Shown here piece after piece: positions 1 to 10,371 of a stretch of 64,000 nucleotides of DNA. Below the pieces are notes generated by a model. It worked only from the letters and a program-made list of their open reading frames with translations, was not told where the DNA came from and did not search any database. The position numbers and the translations under genes are program-made. Within the stretch, counting starts at the first letter, position 1; each line of letters opens with the position of its first letter. This DNA is from an uncultured SAR86 cluster bacterium (GTDB taxonomy: Bacteria > Pseudomonadota > Gammaproteobacteria > Magnimaribacterales > D2472). The stretch covers positions 1,770 through 65,769 of the forward strand of contig CACEDS010000005.1 in NCBI GenBank assembly GCA_902558395.1. The letters are read 5' to 3'.

Positions 1-324
1 CATGGTTATTTGACTAAAGAAGTCCAATGTAGCCTTTGTTTTAGTATCTTCTTCTGCATAAAAAACGGTCACAGTTAAATTTAGTTTTGTTGGTGGATAG
101 TTTACAAACGAACTTAATTGATAGGTTAACATGTTGGCATAACCCCAGCAGTGACTAACAATTTCTAAATCAAACTTTCCCTTTACTGCCTTGCGATCTG
201 CTTCATCAGGTATTTTATCGCGAAACAATGACTGTGGTAAAATACGACCAAACACTAAACGATAAGCTTGTATAGCAAAGCTATTAAAGCCATTTGGTGA
301 AAATGTTTTTGTTTCTATCATCAT
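1..324 (-). CDS. Putative glycosyltransferase (GT-A/family 2-like), N-terminal part only; runs off the window edge
   Basis: Hand translation gives an open frame from ATG at 324: MMIETKTFSPNGFNSFAIQAYRLVFGRILP...LEIVSHCWGYANMLTYQLSSFVNYPPTKLNLTVTVFYAEEDTKT. It resembles the N-terminus of GT2-like proteins of marine Gammaproteobacteria. Not in the ORF track. Confidence 0.55.
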   Translation of the reverse strand, partial: MMIETKTFSPNGFNSFAIQAYRLVFGRILPQSLFRDKIPDEADRKAVKGKFDLEIVSHCWGYANMLTYQLSSFVNYPPTKLNLTVTVFYAEEDTKTKATLDFFSQITM

Positions 325-538
325 AAATAAGTAAGCCAAAAAAGAATCTGTTCTAATAAAAGGATACCATATTGCTTAACATTACTGCTAACCGAACTGA
401 ATCAAGACTCTCCAATGATTTTGGTCAATTAGGCATTTCATTTAGGTTATTGTTTGGAAAATAAATTTAATTTAACTTTGATAAGCTTTCCTTATTAATT
501 TTTTAAAATTTCTTTTTTAATTAATGCTTGATGAAATA

Positions 539-1996
539 TTACCTTCTTGAATTATAGAAATTTAGATTCTTATCTTTGATTGAAAAAACCCTAACCGCAA
601 AAATGTCCTTTAAGTAGTTTTGATAATTTTTCCACGGTGCTTTATTGCCTTGTTTGGGCATCAAATTCAAACCTCTTTCAAAGTATCCAGAAGTGAAGTC
701 AATTAGCCTATCCTCACCGTGAGCATCTTTATCATCAATTGGCTCACAACAACTTACACCTTTTTTATCCATTAGATTTATTAATCTGCAAACATATTCA
801 CATGTAAGATCTGCACGAAGTGTCCATGAGGCATTTACATACCCAAAGGACATTGCAAAATTTGGAACTCCACTTAACAACATTCCTTTATAGGTTAATC
901 TCTCATTAGGAATCACTTTCGCATTATCAATAGCAACATCGATTCCATTTAAAGAATTTAATTCAATACCAGTAGCAGTAACAATGATATCTGCTTTAAT
1001 TTTTGTACCAGAATTTAAAAGAATTCCATCAGATTGAAACTCCTCAATAGTATCTGTAACTACAGATGATTTTTTATCTTTAATTGATTGAAAAAGATCA
1101 CTATCGGGGACTAAACATATCCTTTGGTCCCATGGTTTATATGAGGGGGTGAAGTGTTGCTCAACATCATAGTCCGCTCCAAGCTCATCTCTAATCATAT
1201 CTAGTATTCTATTTTTAGTAGCTTCTGGATATTTTCTAGCAATAAAAAAAGTCCAACTCTGAAATAAAATATTTTTCCATCTAATTAAAAAATAAGTAAG
1301 TTTTACTGGAAGAAATTTTCTTAAAAATTTATTTATAATATCTTCACTCGGGCTTGATACAACATATGTTGGTGATCTTTGAATCATTACTACATGCTCT
1401 GCCTCTTTAGCAATTTCTGGAATAATTGTTATAGCTGTTGCGCCGCTTCCAATAACGGCAATTTTTTTATTTTTATAATCTATTGAATTATTCCAAAATT
1501 GAGGATGAATTATTTGACCCTGAAAATGTTCTTGATTCTTAAAGTAGGGCATATGAGGTTTTGTATAACTATAATAACCACCACATAAAAATAAAAAATT
1601 ACATGTCATTTTTTTATTAAGAGATCCTTCATATACCTCAAGCTCCCATAGTGATTTTTTTGAATTCCAGTTTGCAGAGCTAACCTTATGATTAAGAAGA
1701 ATATCCTTCATCAAATTATTTTCAGTTATTGTTTCTTTAAGGTATTCAAGAATAGAAGGCCCATCGGCTATAGATTTATCATGTATCCATGGTTTAAACC
1801 TATAACCAAGCGTATGCATGTCTGAATCCGATCTTATACCAGGATATCTAAAGAGATCCCATGTTCCGCCAATACTTTCTCTGCCTTCAAGGATTAAGAA
1901 GGACTTGTTAGGGCATGATTTTTTTAGATTGTATCCAGCTGCTATGCCTGATATGCCTGCTCCAACGACAACAACATCTTTATGAGTGTTTAAAAT
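539..1996 (-). CDS. Flavin-containing monooxygenase (EthA/AlmA-like, class B FMO/BVMO)
   Basis: The frame stays open upstream of the track start (1819) and encodes DVVVVGAGISG and GGTWDLFRYPGIRSDSD. Downstream are FQGQIIHPQFW and a second Rossmann motif GSGATA. Start is probably ATT (1996) or ATA (2002). Confidence 0.9.
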   Translation of the reverse strand: MLNTHKDVVVVGAGISGIAAGYNLKKSCPNKSFLILEGRESIGGTWDLFRYPGIRSDSDMHTLGYRFKPWIHDKSIADGPSILEYLKETITENNLMKDILLNHKVSSANWNSKKSLWELEVYEGSLNKKMTCNFLFLCGGYYSYTKPHMPYFKNQEHFQGQIIHPQFWNNSIDYKNKKIAVIGSGATAITIIPEIAKEAEHVVMIQRSPTYVVSSPSEDIINKFLRKFLPVKLTYFLIRWKNILFQSWTFFIARKYPEATKNRILDMIRDELGADYDVEQHFTPSYKPWDQRICLVPDSDLFQSIKDKKSSVVTDTIEEFQSDGILLNSGTKIKADIIVTATGIELNSLNGIDVAIDNAKVIPNERLTYKGMLLSGVPNFAMSFGYVNASWTLRADLTCEYVCRLINLMDKKGVSCCEPIDDKDAHGEDRLIDFTSGYFERGLNLMPKQGNKAPWKNYQNYLKDIFAVRVFSIKDKNLNFYNSRR

Positions 1997-2035
1997 AGTT
2001 ATGACCTATATAATTTTTTCAGTTAAAATTTTTTT

Positions 2036-2815
2036 ATGAAATATATCTTACTATCTATTTTCATTTTTTCTAATTTTTTGTTTTCTTCTGAAGTTCAGGT
2101 AACTGGTTTAAAAAATAAAAATCCTGAGAGAGTTTTATATATTGGTAATAGTTATCTTTATTACAATGATAGTCTGCATAATCATGTCAGGCGTATGCTT
2201 GAAGAATTCTACGCAAATGAAATTGATACTAGTAATTACAAGCTTGTAACAATAAGTGGTTCAAGATCATGGCATCACAATATTGATTATCCGATTGAAC
2301 ATAAAAATCTGGGAGCTGAAAACCCTTTTCAACTTGTTATCTTTCAAGGAGGTAGTGGGGAAACTAATACTGCTTCCGAAAGAAAGATTTTTGCTGAAAC
2401 AACTAAAGATGTGATTAATACAATTCATAAATCCGGTGCTGAAGCAGCTTTGTATATGATTCATGCATACGTTGAGCCTCATGAAAATGCAGATCCTCAA
2501 ATGATGAAAGATATAAAACAAATGTATATTGAGGCAGGCAATAAAAATAATGCTTTAGTTATTCCTGTTGGTATTGCATTTGAAAATGCATACAAAGTTC
2601 AGCCTGATATTGTTTTACACAAACCATTTGATGGCAGTCATCCAAGCCTTCTTGGAACATACTTAGCTTCATGTGTAGTTCTTGCTAGTATTACCCAAAA
2701 AACTCCTATTGGAATCAACTATAACTATTTTGATGAAATTAGTGATTCAGATAAAATCTTTCTTCAGAAAATAGCTCATTCAACTGTTGAAGAATTTTTT
2801 AATATACAGCTTTAA
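2036..2815 (+). CDS. Secreted SGNH/GDSL-type hydrolase (DUF4886-like)
   Basis: Signal peptide; block I RVLYIGNSY; block V DGSHPS. Confidence 0.75.
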   Translation: MKYILLSIFIFSNFLFSSEVQVTGLKNKNPERVLYIGNSYLYYNDSLHNHVRRMLEEFYANEIDTSNYKLVTISGSRSWHHNIDYPIEHKNLGAENPFQLVIFQGGSGETNTASERKIFAETTKDVINTIHKSGAEAALYMIHAYVEPHENADPQMMKDIKQMYIEAGNKNNALVIPVGIAFENAYKVQPDIVLHKPFDGSHPSLLGTYLASCVVLASITQKTPIGINYNYFDEISDSDKIFLQKIAHSTVEEFFNIQL

Positions 2816-3099
2816 TAGTCGTTAACGTCTTTTGTAACTTGTTTCTTTTTCACAATAAAATTTAAGAGAAAGGATAGAGCAAGAGATACAACAGCCCAAA
2901 AAATTAATGCGGATGACCAACTGTCGATTAAATTTGAAAGAGTTCCATTTTCTTGGAGTTTTAATAATAATCCTGTAAAGAGGCCGCTAACTCCCATAGG
3001 TAAAAAGACGATTAGCGTACCATTTGTAAGTTCTATGATAGCTAAAACTAAACCAATAATTAGCCATACATTTCCAGAAAATAAAAATTCTTCAATCAT
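2812..3099 (-). CDS. Short NfeD/YbbJ-like membrane protein
   Basis: WLIIGLVLAIIEL motif, three hydrophobic segments, coupled to the SPFH gene. Confidence 0.7.
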   Translation of the reverse strand: MIEEFLFSGNVWLIIGLVLAIIELTNGTLIVFLPMGVSGLFTGLLLKLQENGTLSNLIDSWSSALIFWAVVSLALSFLLNFIVKKKQVTKDVNDY

Positions 3100-4012
3100 T
3101 TACCTCATCCTTTTTTTTAACTGTATCAAGAAATAGCTCAATTGTACCTAGTGCTTTAGTAATATCTGATGGTACAACTAAAGTTTTAGTTTGATTTGAA
3201 GATGCCAATTGTGATAAACCATCAACTTGCCTTTTCATAATTTCAAAATTAATTGCTGGCTGACCATCATTATTAATTGCCTCTGCAACAAGCCTTGTTT
3301 GTTCCGCATCAGCCTCGGCTTTAATTTTTACAGCATAAGCCTCAGCATCTGCAGCAACTTTAACAGCTTCAGCTTGTTTTTCTGCCTCATATAGCTCAGC
3401 ATCAGCCTTTAATTCAATACTTCTTTTGTCACCTTCAGATCTTGCAATTGTTGCTCTTCTTTCTCTTTCGGCATTAAGTTGCTGTCTTTGTGATTCCTTT
3501 GTTTTTTCATCAACTAATACATCTAAAATTTCAGTTCTTGTGACTTCAACACCCCATACTTCTGCTGCTTTTGATAATCGTGTTGCTATTTCTTGGTTCA
3601 TTGCCTCTCTACTTGACTGAAGATCATCTAATTGCAGTTTTCCTGCAGCTGACCTGATTACAGATATAGCTGTATTCTCAAGTGCAAGGTCTATGTTTCT
3701 TATTCTATAAACTGATTTAGATGCATCTAAAACTCTGAAGAAAACAGTCGATACTAGCTCAACTTCAACATTATCTTCAGTTATTACTGACATTTTGAAA
3801 GGTGGTAATTGCCTTTCAAGAATATCAACCTTAAAAGCTACACGATCAATAAAAGGAACAATTAAAGATAGTCCTGATTCTAAGGTTTTTGTATATTTAC
3901 CAAATCGCTCAACAACATAAACTTTAGATTGTGGGACAATTTTTATTCCTAAATAAATTACATATATTATTAAAACAACTAGAACAATTGAAACAATACT
4001 ACTCACGCTCAT
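3092..4012 (-). CDS. SPFH/band-7 (stomatin/QmcA-like) protein
   Basis: N-terminal TM, VVERFGKY, VITEDNV, AERERRA coiled coil; GAGG SD before ATG 4012. Confidence 0.9.
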   Translation of the reverse strand: MSVSSIVSIVLVVLIIYVIYLGIKIVPQSKVYVVERFGKYTKTLESGLSLIVPFIDRVAFKVDILERQLPPFKMSVITEDNVEVELVSTVFFRVLDASKSVYRIRNIDLALENTAISVIRSAAGKLQLDDLQSSREAMNQEIATRLSKAAEVWGVEVTRTEILDVLVDEKTKESQRQQLNAERERRATIARSEGDKRSIELKADAELYEAEKQAEAVKVAADAEAYAVKIKAEADAEQTRLVAEAINNDGQPAINFEIMKRQVDGLSQLASSNQTKTLVVPSDITKALGTIELFLDTVKKKDEVND

Positions 4013-4163
4013 AAAAACCTCATTAAATGTTAAATTTATAAACATATTTTATAAAACAAATAACAAGATTCATACATTTTTAATGATTAATTTTAATTAC
4101 TATAAATATACATAATTAACTACTTCAGGCTAATTAAATAAAAATAAAGTGTATAATTTTTGA

Positions 4164-5252
4164 ATGAAAATTGGTGTCCCTAAAGAAATCAAAAACAATG
4201 AATATAGAGTTGGACTAACTCCTAATTCAGTTCGTGAATTAGTTAAAAATAATCATAAAGTTTTCATCCAAAAAGATGCAGGATCTGAAATAGGATTCAG
4301 TAATTCTGAATACAAAGAAGCTGGAGCTCTAGTAATTAATACTGCTGCAAAACTTTACGAGTGCTCAGAACTTATAGTTAAAGTAAAAGAACCTATTCCA
4401 GAAGAATTTAATTATCTACATAGTAAACATACAGTTTTCGCATATTTACACCTAGCAGGAGATCCTAAAACAGGTCTAGAGTTAGCTGCTACCGGTATCA
4501 CAGGTATTGCCCTAGAGACTGTGACAGCTGATGATGGAACAATGCCTTTACTCTCTCCTATGAGCTCAATTGCAGGTCAATTAAGTATTGTTGTTGGCTC
4601 TTATCATTTATTGAAACCTAATAAAGGCATGGGTACTTTAATAGGAGCTATGAGTGATGTTGACCGAAGAGTGGTTACGGTAATTGGTGCTGGTGTTGCT
4701 GGAACTATGGCTATAGAGAAAGCAATTAATAACAAAGCCCATGTAAAAATTATTGAGCTATCGCAAAAGCGACTAGATGAGCTGCGTGCGATATATGGTG
4801 ATGAAAATGTTGAATATATTTTATCAACTGATTCTTCAATTGAAGAATCATTAAAGGAATCAGATCTTGTAGTTGGGGCTGTGTATGTTATTGGTAAGCA
4901 GGCTCCTAAAGTTGTTAAAAATTCTATGTTAGAAAAAATGAAGCCAGGTGCTGTTATGGTTGACATATCAATTGATCAAGGCGGTTGTTTTGAATCTAGC
5001 AAACCTACTACACATGATAATCCTACATACGAAAAAGATGGAATTATTCATTATTGCGTAACCAATATGCCAGGCGCTGTTCCTTTAACTGCAACTCAGG
5101 CATTAAATGAAGCAACTTTGCCCTATATTCTTGAGCTAGCAAATAAAGGAATTGATAAGGCCTTAGATGAAAATAAGCATTTGGAAAACGGCCTCAATAT
5201 TAAAAACTCAGAAGTTGTTCATGAAGGAGTTAAAGAAGCACTATCAGCATAA
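4164..5252 (+). CDS. ald: Alanine dehydrogenase
   Basis: MKIGVPKEIKNNEYRVGLTP, GAGVAG, VDISIDQGGCFE, HYCVTNMPGAVP. Confidence 0.95.
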   Translation: MKIGVPKEIKNNEYRVGLTPNSVRELVKNNHKVFIQKDAGSEIGFSNSEYKEAGALVINTAAKLYECSELIVKVKEPIPEEFNYLHSKHTVFAYLHLAGDPKTGLELAATGITGIALETVTADDGTMPLLSPMSSIAGQLSIVVGSYHLLKPNKGMGTLIGAMSDVDRRVVTVIGAGVAGTMAIEKAINNKAHVKIIELSQKRLDELRAIYGDENVEYILSTDSSIEESLKESDLVVGAVYVIGKQAPKVVKNSMLEKMKPGAVMVDISIDQGGCFESSKPTTHDNPTYEKDGIIHYCVTNMPGAVPLTATQALNEATLPYILELANKGIDKALDENKHLENGLNIKNSEVVHEGVKEALSA

Positions 5253-5255
5253 GCA

Positions 5256-6038
5256 ATGAGCACCCCAATATACTATGTAGATGCTTTTACTGATAATCTT
5301 TTTTCAGGCAATCCAGCGGCTGTAATATTTTCACAACTCAATGATAAAAAATTAATGCAGAAAGTTGCTGCTGAAAATAATCTTTCAGAAACCGCATTTA
5401 TAAGAGAAGAAAATGGTATTTATCACATAAGGTGGTTTGCTCCCTTATGCGAAATAGATTTGTGTGGTCATGCAACGTTAGCATCTGCTTTCATTTACTT
5501 TAAATATATTCAGCCAGAAAGCACTAAGTTTGAAGTTCAGTCCCTGAAAAATGGCATTTTAAAAGTAACAAAAAAAGATAATTTATTAACTCTAGATTTT
5601 CCAAAAGATTCATTATCTAAATATGATGACTTTGATTTTGTAGAAAAAATAATTAATACCAAACCTACTGAATTGTTTATTGGAAGAAATGATGTACTAG
5701 CAATAGTAGAGTCTGAAGCCATGGTTAGAAAGCTTGATATTAATTTTGAACTATTAAAAAAATCATCAATGAGGGGTTTAATAGTTTCTTCTAAAGGTGA
5801 AAGTTGTGATTTTGTATCTAGATTCTTTGCTCCATCTTCAGGAGTTTATGAAGATCCTGTAACAGGTTCTGCGCATACAACATTAATACCTTATTGGTCA
5901 GACAAACTAAACAATACTTCACTAAAGGCTCAACAACTTTCTGAAAGAGGCGGGGTGTTATTTTGTGAAGATAAAGATGATAGAGTTTTTATTGGCGGTA
6001 ATGCCGTGGAATATTTAAAGGGCGAAATAAATATTTAG
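5256..6038 (+). CDS. PhzF family isomerase/epimerase
   Basis: VDAFT..FSGNPAAV, NLSETAF, EIDLCGHATLA, EDPVTGSAH. Confidence 0.92.
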   Translation: MSTPIYYVDAFTDNLFSGNPAAVIFSQLNDKKLMQKVAAENNLSETAFIREENGIYHIRWFAPLCEIDLCGHATLASAFIYFKYIQPESTKFEVQSLKNGILKVTKKDNLLTLDFPKDSLSKYDDFDFVEKIINTKPTELFIGRNDVLAIVESEAMVRKLDINFELLKKSSMRGLIVSSKGESCDFVSRFFAPSSGVYEDPVTGSAHTTLIPYWSDKLNNTSLKAQQLSERGGVLFCEDKDDRVFIGGNAVEYLKGEINI

Positions 6039-6616
6039 ATTAATTTAGTTAATTTTCTATAGTGTTTTCTGCAAACGGGCATATAAATATCATTTCCACC
6101 AACCACAACCTTAGAACCCTCAGTTACAACTTTGCCAGAATCATCTTTTCTAACAACCATGGTTGCTTTTCTGCTGCATAGAGAGCATATGGTTTTCAGT
6201 TCAATTAAATTATCTGCTAATGCTAAAAGTTCTGAACTGCCTTCAAACAATTCACCTCTAAAATCAGTTCTAATCCCATAGCACATTACTGGATAATTTA
6301 GCCTGTCAGCAACTAGCCCTAACTGCCTTACTTGTTCTTTAGTTAAAAACTGAGCTTCGTCTATAAGAATACAACTTAAATTCTCTGATTTATTATATTT
6401 AATAAAATTAATAAAATTAAAATCTTTGTTGGCTATTACAGCTTTGGCTTTTAAACCAATTCTTGAAACAATTTGACCCTTTGATAATTTACTTGTTTCA
6501 TTTGGAAGAAAAATCATCGTATCTAGACCATTTTCTTTGTAATTATGATTAGACTGCAGCAAAGATGTTGATTTTCCTGCGTTCATTGTTGAGTAAAAAA
6601 AATGAAGTTTAGCCAT
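6035..6616 (-). CDS. tdk: Thymidine kinase
   Basis: YSTMNAGKST, IDEAQFL, YGIRTDFRGELFEGS, Zn-binding Cys. Confidence 0.95.
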   Translation of the reverse strand: MAKLHFFYSTMNAGKSTSLLQSNHNYKENGLDTMIFLPNETSKLSKGQIVSRIGLKAKAVIANKDFNFINFIKYNKSENLSCILIDEAQFLTKEQVRQLGLVADRLNYPVMCYGIRTDFRGELFEGSSELLALADNLIELKTICSLCSRKATMVVRKDDSGKVVTEGSKVVVGGNDIYMPVCRKHYRKLTKLI

Positions 6617-6653
6617 GATTTTAATTTAAATAATAAGTAGGTAATAATAGTTC

Positions 6654-6887
6654 ATGAACGTTTTTCAAGAAAGGGGTATTACACATCTAGATCTTCATGG
6701 CGAAAGACATTTTGATGCTACTCTAAAGATCTTGGACTTTGTTCTTCAATATCAAAAGGAAATACCATTAATCATTATCTGTGGAAATAGCAATCAAATG
6801 ATTAAGATTGTTACTGAGGAATTGAAAAAAAATGCAATCAAATACTCTTCACCAAGATTTGGTATTATTAGAGTGGAAGGATTATAA
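6654..6887 (+). CDS. Minimal stand-alone Smr-domain protein
   Basis: LDLHG and IICGNS motifs; 77 aa; directly upstream of gcdH. Confidence 0.6.
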   Translation: MNVFQERGITHLDLHGERHFDATLKILDFVLQYQKEIPLIIICGNSNQMIKIVTEELKKNAIKYSSPRFGIIRVEGL

Positions 6888-6889
6888 CA

Positions 6890-8047
6890 ATGAATAAATA
6901 TGACATTTTACTGCTTGATGATCTTTTATCTGAAGAAGAATTAAGTATTCAACAAACTGCAAGGGATTATTGTCAAAACCATCTAATGCCCAGAATATTA
7001 GAAGCAAATAGAAATGAAGTTTTTGATAAAGAAATATACAAAGAGATGGGTGAGCTTGGTTTCTTGGGGGCACCAATAGATGGATATGGTTGTGCAGGAG
7101 TTAATTATGTTTCGTATGGGTTAATTGCTCGTGAAATCGAGCGTGTTGATTCAAGTTACAGATCTGCATATAGCGTCCAAACTTCATTAGCAATGCATGC
7201 TATTTATAAATTTGGATCTGAAGAACAGAAAGAAAACTATTTACCAAAAATGGCCTCAGGTTCTTTGATTGGTTGTTTTGGTCTAACTGAGCCTGACGCT
7301 GGTTCAGACCCTTCATCGATGAAAACAAATGCTAAACAAGTGGAAGGCGGTTATATTTTAAATGGCTCAAAGACCTGGATAACCAATTCACCCATAGCAG
7401 ACGTCTTAATTATTTGGGCGAAAGATGAAGAGGGTATATTAAGAGGTTTTATTGTTGATAGGGAATGTAAAGGTCTATCAACCCCAAAACTTGAAGGTAA
7501 ATTCTCATTAAGAGCTTCAGTTACAGGTCAAATTTTTCTTGATGAAGTTTTTGTTGATGAGAATAAAATTTTACCTCAAGTCCAAAGTTTCAAAGGTCCA
7601 TTTTCATGCCTTAATATGGCAAGATATGGTATTGCTTGGGGTGCTATTGGAGCCGCTGAATTTTGTTGGGAGCAAAGCTTGAATTATAGTTTGGAGAGAA
7701 AACAGTTTGGTAATCCTCTCGCATCAAAACAACTGATTCAAAAAAAATTAGCTGATATGCAGAGTGAAATTGCCTTAGGCCTTCAGGGAGTATTGCGCGT
7801 TGGTCGTCTTATAGACTCTAATCAAATGAAACCAGAAATGATTTCCTTAGTTAAAAGAAATAACTGTATGAAATCTTTAAATATTGCTAGAAGTGCTCGA
7901 GATATTCATGGTGGAAATGGAATTAGCGATGAGTATCACATCATAAGACATTGTATGAACCTTGAAGCAGTAAATACATATGAGGGAACTGAAAGTGTGC
8001 ACGCCCTAATTCTAGGGAGCGCACAAACTGGAATACCTGCTTTTTAG
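6890..8047 (+). CDS. gcdH: Glutaryl-CoA dehydrogenase
   Basis: [45 protein letters not shown]. Confidence 0.92.
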   Translation: MNKYDILLLDDLLSEEELSIQQTARDYCQNHLMPRILEANRNEVFDKEIYKEMGELGFLGAPIDGYGCAGVNYVSYGLIAREIERVDSSYRSAYSVQTSLAMHAIYKFGSEEQKENYLPKMASGSLIGCFGLTEPDAGSDPSSMKTNAKQVEGGYILNGSKTWITNSPIADVLIIWAKDEEGILRGFIVDRECKGLSTPKLEGKFSLRASVTGQIFLDEVFVDENKILPQVQSFKGPFSCLNMARYGIAWGAIGAAEFCWEQSLNYSLERKQFGNPLASKQLIQKKLADMQSEIALGLQGVLRVGRLIDSNQMKPEMISLVKRNNCMKSLNIARSARDIHGGNGISDEYHIIRHCMNLEAVNTYEGTESVHALILGSAQTGIPAF

Positions 8048-10170
8048 TTTTCTAGATATTTCTTTAAGAATTTTTCTTGAACTTGATAGTGTTCGAGTCT
8101 TGCAAGCTCGCCATAAAATCCATGACCTTCATATGCTTGCATATGCCATTCATATGTTTTACCAAGCCTTTCCATTTCACTTCTTAATCTTCGAGCGTGC
8201 TCCACTGGAACAACACGGTCATTTGTACCATGAGAAATAAGTACAGGAGCTTTTATGTTTTCTACATGCAAAAGCGGGGATATCTCGTTAATATACTTAT
8301 CGGCATCAGGTCCCTTGTCATCACCCCATTCAAGCCTACCTTCATCTTCCCATGTATTAAATCGACTAGATTTAGAACCAAAACCTTTTAAAAGGTCTCT
8401 CATATCTGCAACTCCAACAAAATTTATTACACATCTATATAGTTCGGGAGTAAATACGGCTCCAGCCATTGAAGCATATCCTCCATAACTGCCACCTGCT
8501 ATACATACTCTATCCTCATCAGCATAACCATTTTCTATAGCCCAATACACTCCATCACTTAAATCATCTTGCATTGTTTTACCCCATTGACGATTTCCTA
8601 GAACATAATGGTTTCTTCCATAACCTGTTGAGCCTCTATAGTCAGGCTGCAATACGTTATAGCCTCTATTTGTTAAAAACTGAACCCAGCCATCATAACC
8701 AAAGCCTTCTTTAACATTAGGTCCACCGTGAGGCAAAATAATAAAGTAGTTTTTATCTGTTTTTTTCTTTGAGAGTGACAGATACCCTGTAATAGTTAGA
8801 CCATCCCTGGCTTTATACTTAACTAGTTGTTTTTTTGTTAAAACATCTCTATCTAACCATGGGCTATTTTGATAAAGCATAAAAACTTGTCCTTTAAGCA
8901 GATCGAAATAATAGTAATCTCCAGGATTATTTGAGTTATAGACTCTAAATACACCTTTGGTGTTGTTGCCATCGCTTGTTTGAATTGCAACCCAGTCATT
9001 TGGAAAAATGGCTTGAAGTGACTCTCTTAACTGTCTTGATGTAAACTTAATTTCATCAGACTGTTTGTCAGCTTCATTGTTTATCTCATTTGCTTCGTCG
9101 TCAAAGTATAAGGTTGTTGGCTCAGCCCCTGCATAAGTTAATGATCTTAGCTGACCAGTTTCTTGATTGACATTAGCGCTCATAGGAGTTCCAGATCTAC
9201 AACCGCCTGTAAAACCACCAATGTCATATATTGAATCCGCATATACTAAATCTGAAAATTCTCTGGTTTTTGGGTTATAAATATATAAAGCATTTTTATC
9301 TAGATCTTCTATAACGTTCATATTTGTATCAAATTTTTGACCAGACACTAACCATCTTCCATCGTCTAATAAGGCAACAGGGGTGAAGTGAGGTTCCTGA
9401 CATCTGTATCTAAAATGCTCAGACCATTTTTTTGAATCTTTATCATAGGTGTATAAAACTCTTTCAATGCCAACATCTGTCATCACAGTTACGGGATATC
9501 CATCATCGTCTTCTACTGAAAAATAGATTACTTCATAATCTTCAATATCAGGACCCCTTGCAATCAATTTTGGAACACCAGTTCTAATATTTAGTTTGTA
9601 GTAATCCGAAACCCTTGAACGTCTTTTATTCCAATAAACAAAAACCTCATCATCAACTTCGGGATTTGTATTGTAGACTTCAAAACCTCTCAACCCTTCA
9701 GCTCCAAATTGGTATTCAAGTAATGATCTTTTTCTTGAACCATCAGCATTCATAGCAAATACTTGAAGAGCATTCATATTTCTACCAACTTGCTCAAAAG
9801 CTTGCGGCATAAATGAAAATCTATTATCACTTAACCAGCTAAAACTGCTAATCCCATTTCCTGGAGTTCCATCAAATAAAACTTGCCTACTCATATCAGA
9901 TAACTTAATCATCGTTAAGCCTCTGTATCGTGAACTTTTTTCAACATACTCACTTTTGACGTCGTGAATATCACATTCATTTTCTTTTGGGGACGTTAAA
10001 ACCGCTAAATATGTACCACTTGGTGACATTTGAAATCCATACGTATTAGACCAACAAGAAAAATGCTCAAGAGGAATTTCTTCGTATTTTTCAGCATTTA
10101 TTTGTGTTGAAAAACCTATAAATGAAATCACTAGTGAATAGCATGTAATGGATTTAAATTTTTTTAACAT
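8044..10170 (-). CDS. Secreted S9 family (prolyl oligopeptidase/acylaminoacyl) peptidase
   Basis: Signal peptide; PHGGP; catalytic GGSYGG, D in GTNDRVV and H in EGHGF. Confidence 0.92.
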   Translation of the reverse strand: MLKKFKSITCYSLVISFIGFSTQINAEKYEEIPLEHFSCWSNTYGFQMSPSGTYLAVLTSPKENECDIHDVKSEYVEKSSRYRGLTMIKLSDMSRQVLFDGTPGNGISSFSWLSDNRFSFMPQAFEQVGRNMNALQVFAMNADGSRKRSLLEYQFGAEGLRGFEVYNTNPEVDDEVFVYWNKRRSRVSDYYKLNIRTGVPKLIARGPDIEDYEVIYFSVEDDDGYPVTVMTDVGIERVLYTYDKDSKKWSEHFRYRCQEPHFTPVALLDDGRWLVSGQKFDTNMNVIEDLDKNALYIYNPKTREFSDLVYADSIYDIGGFTGGCRSGTPMSANVNQETGQLRSLTYAGAEPTTLYFDDEANEINNEADKQSDEIKFTSRQLRESLQAIFPNDWVAIQTSDGNNTKGVFRVYNSNNPGDYYYFDLLKGQVFMLYQNSPWLDRDVLTKKQLVKYKARDGLTITGYLSLSKKKTDKNYFIILPHGGPNVKEGFGYDGWVQFLTNRGYNVLQPDYRGSTGYGRNHYVLGNRQWGKTMQDDLSDGVYWAIENGYADEDRVCIAGGSYGGYASMAGAVFTPELYRCVINFVGVADMRDLLKGFGSKSSRFNTWEDEGRLEWGDDKGPDADKYINEISPLLHVENIKAPVLISHGTNDRVVPVEHARRLRSEMERLGKTYEWHMQAYEGHGFYGELARLEHYQVQEKFLKKYLEN

Positions 10171-10250
10171 ATTTGATACCGGTTAGAAGTTATGAATTTG
10201 TTTTAATTTTAAAACAAAATTTCTCATTGAGACAAGTATACTTTACATAG

Positions 10251-10264
10251 TTGATTTAAATCAA
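10251..10264. promoter_or_regulatory. Palindrome TTGAT-TTAA-ATCAA (FNR/ANR-type consensus) in a divergent promoter
   Basis: Perfect 14-bp palindrome between the S9 peptidase and TBDR genes. Confidence 0.4.
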
Positions 10265-10371
10265 TTAAACATAAACACACTTTTAATATACTAAATATCT
10301 AATTTTTTATTGTATTTTTCTTTTTTTTTAATTTAAACTAACAAAAAACTTATTTTACGAGGGGATATCGT

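Noticed and set aside
5256-6038. PhzF as part of a phenazine biosynthesis cluster
   Set aside because: No other phz genes; stand-alone PhzF-like genes are common.
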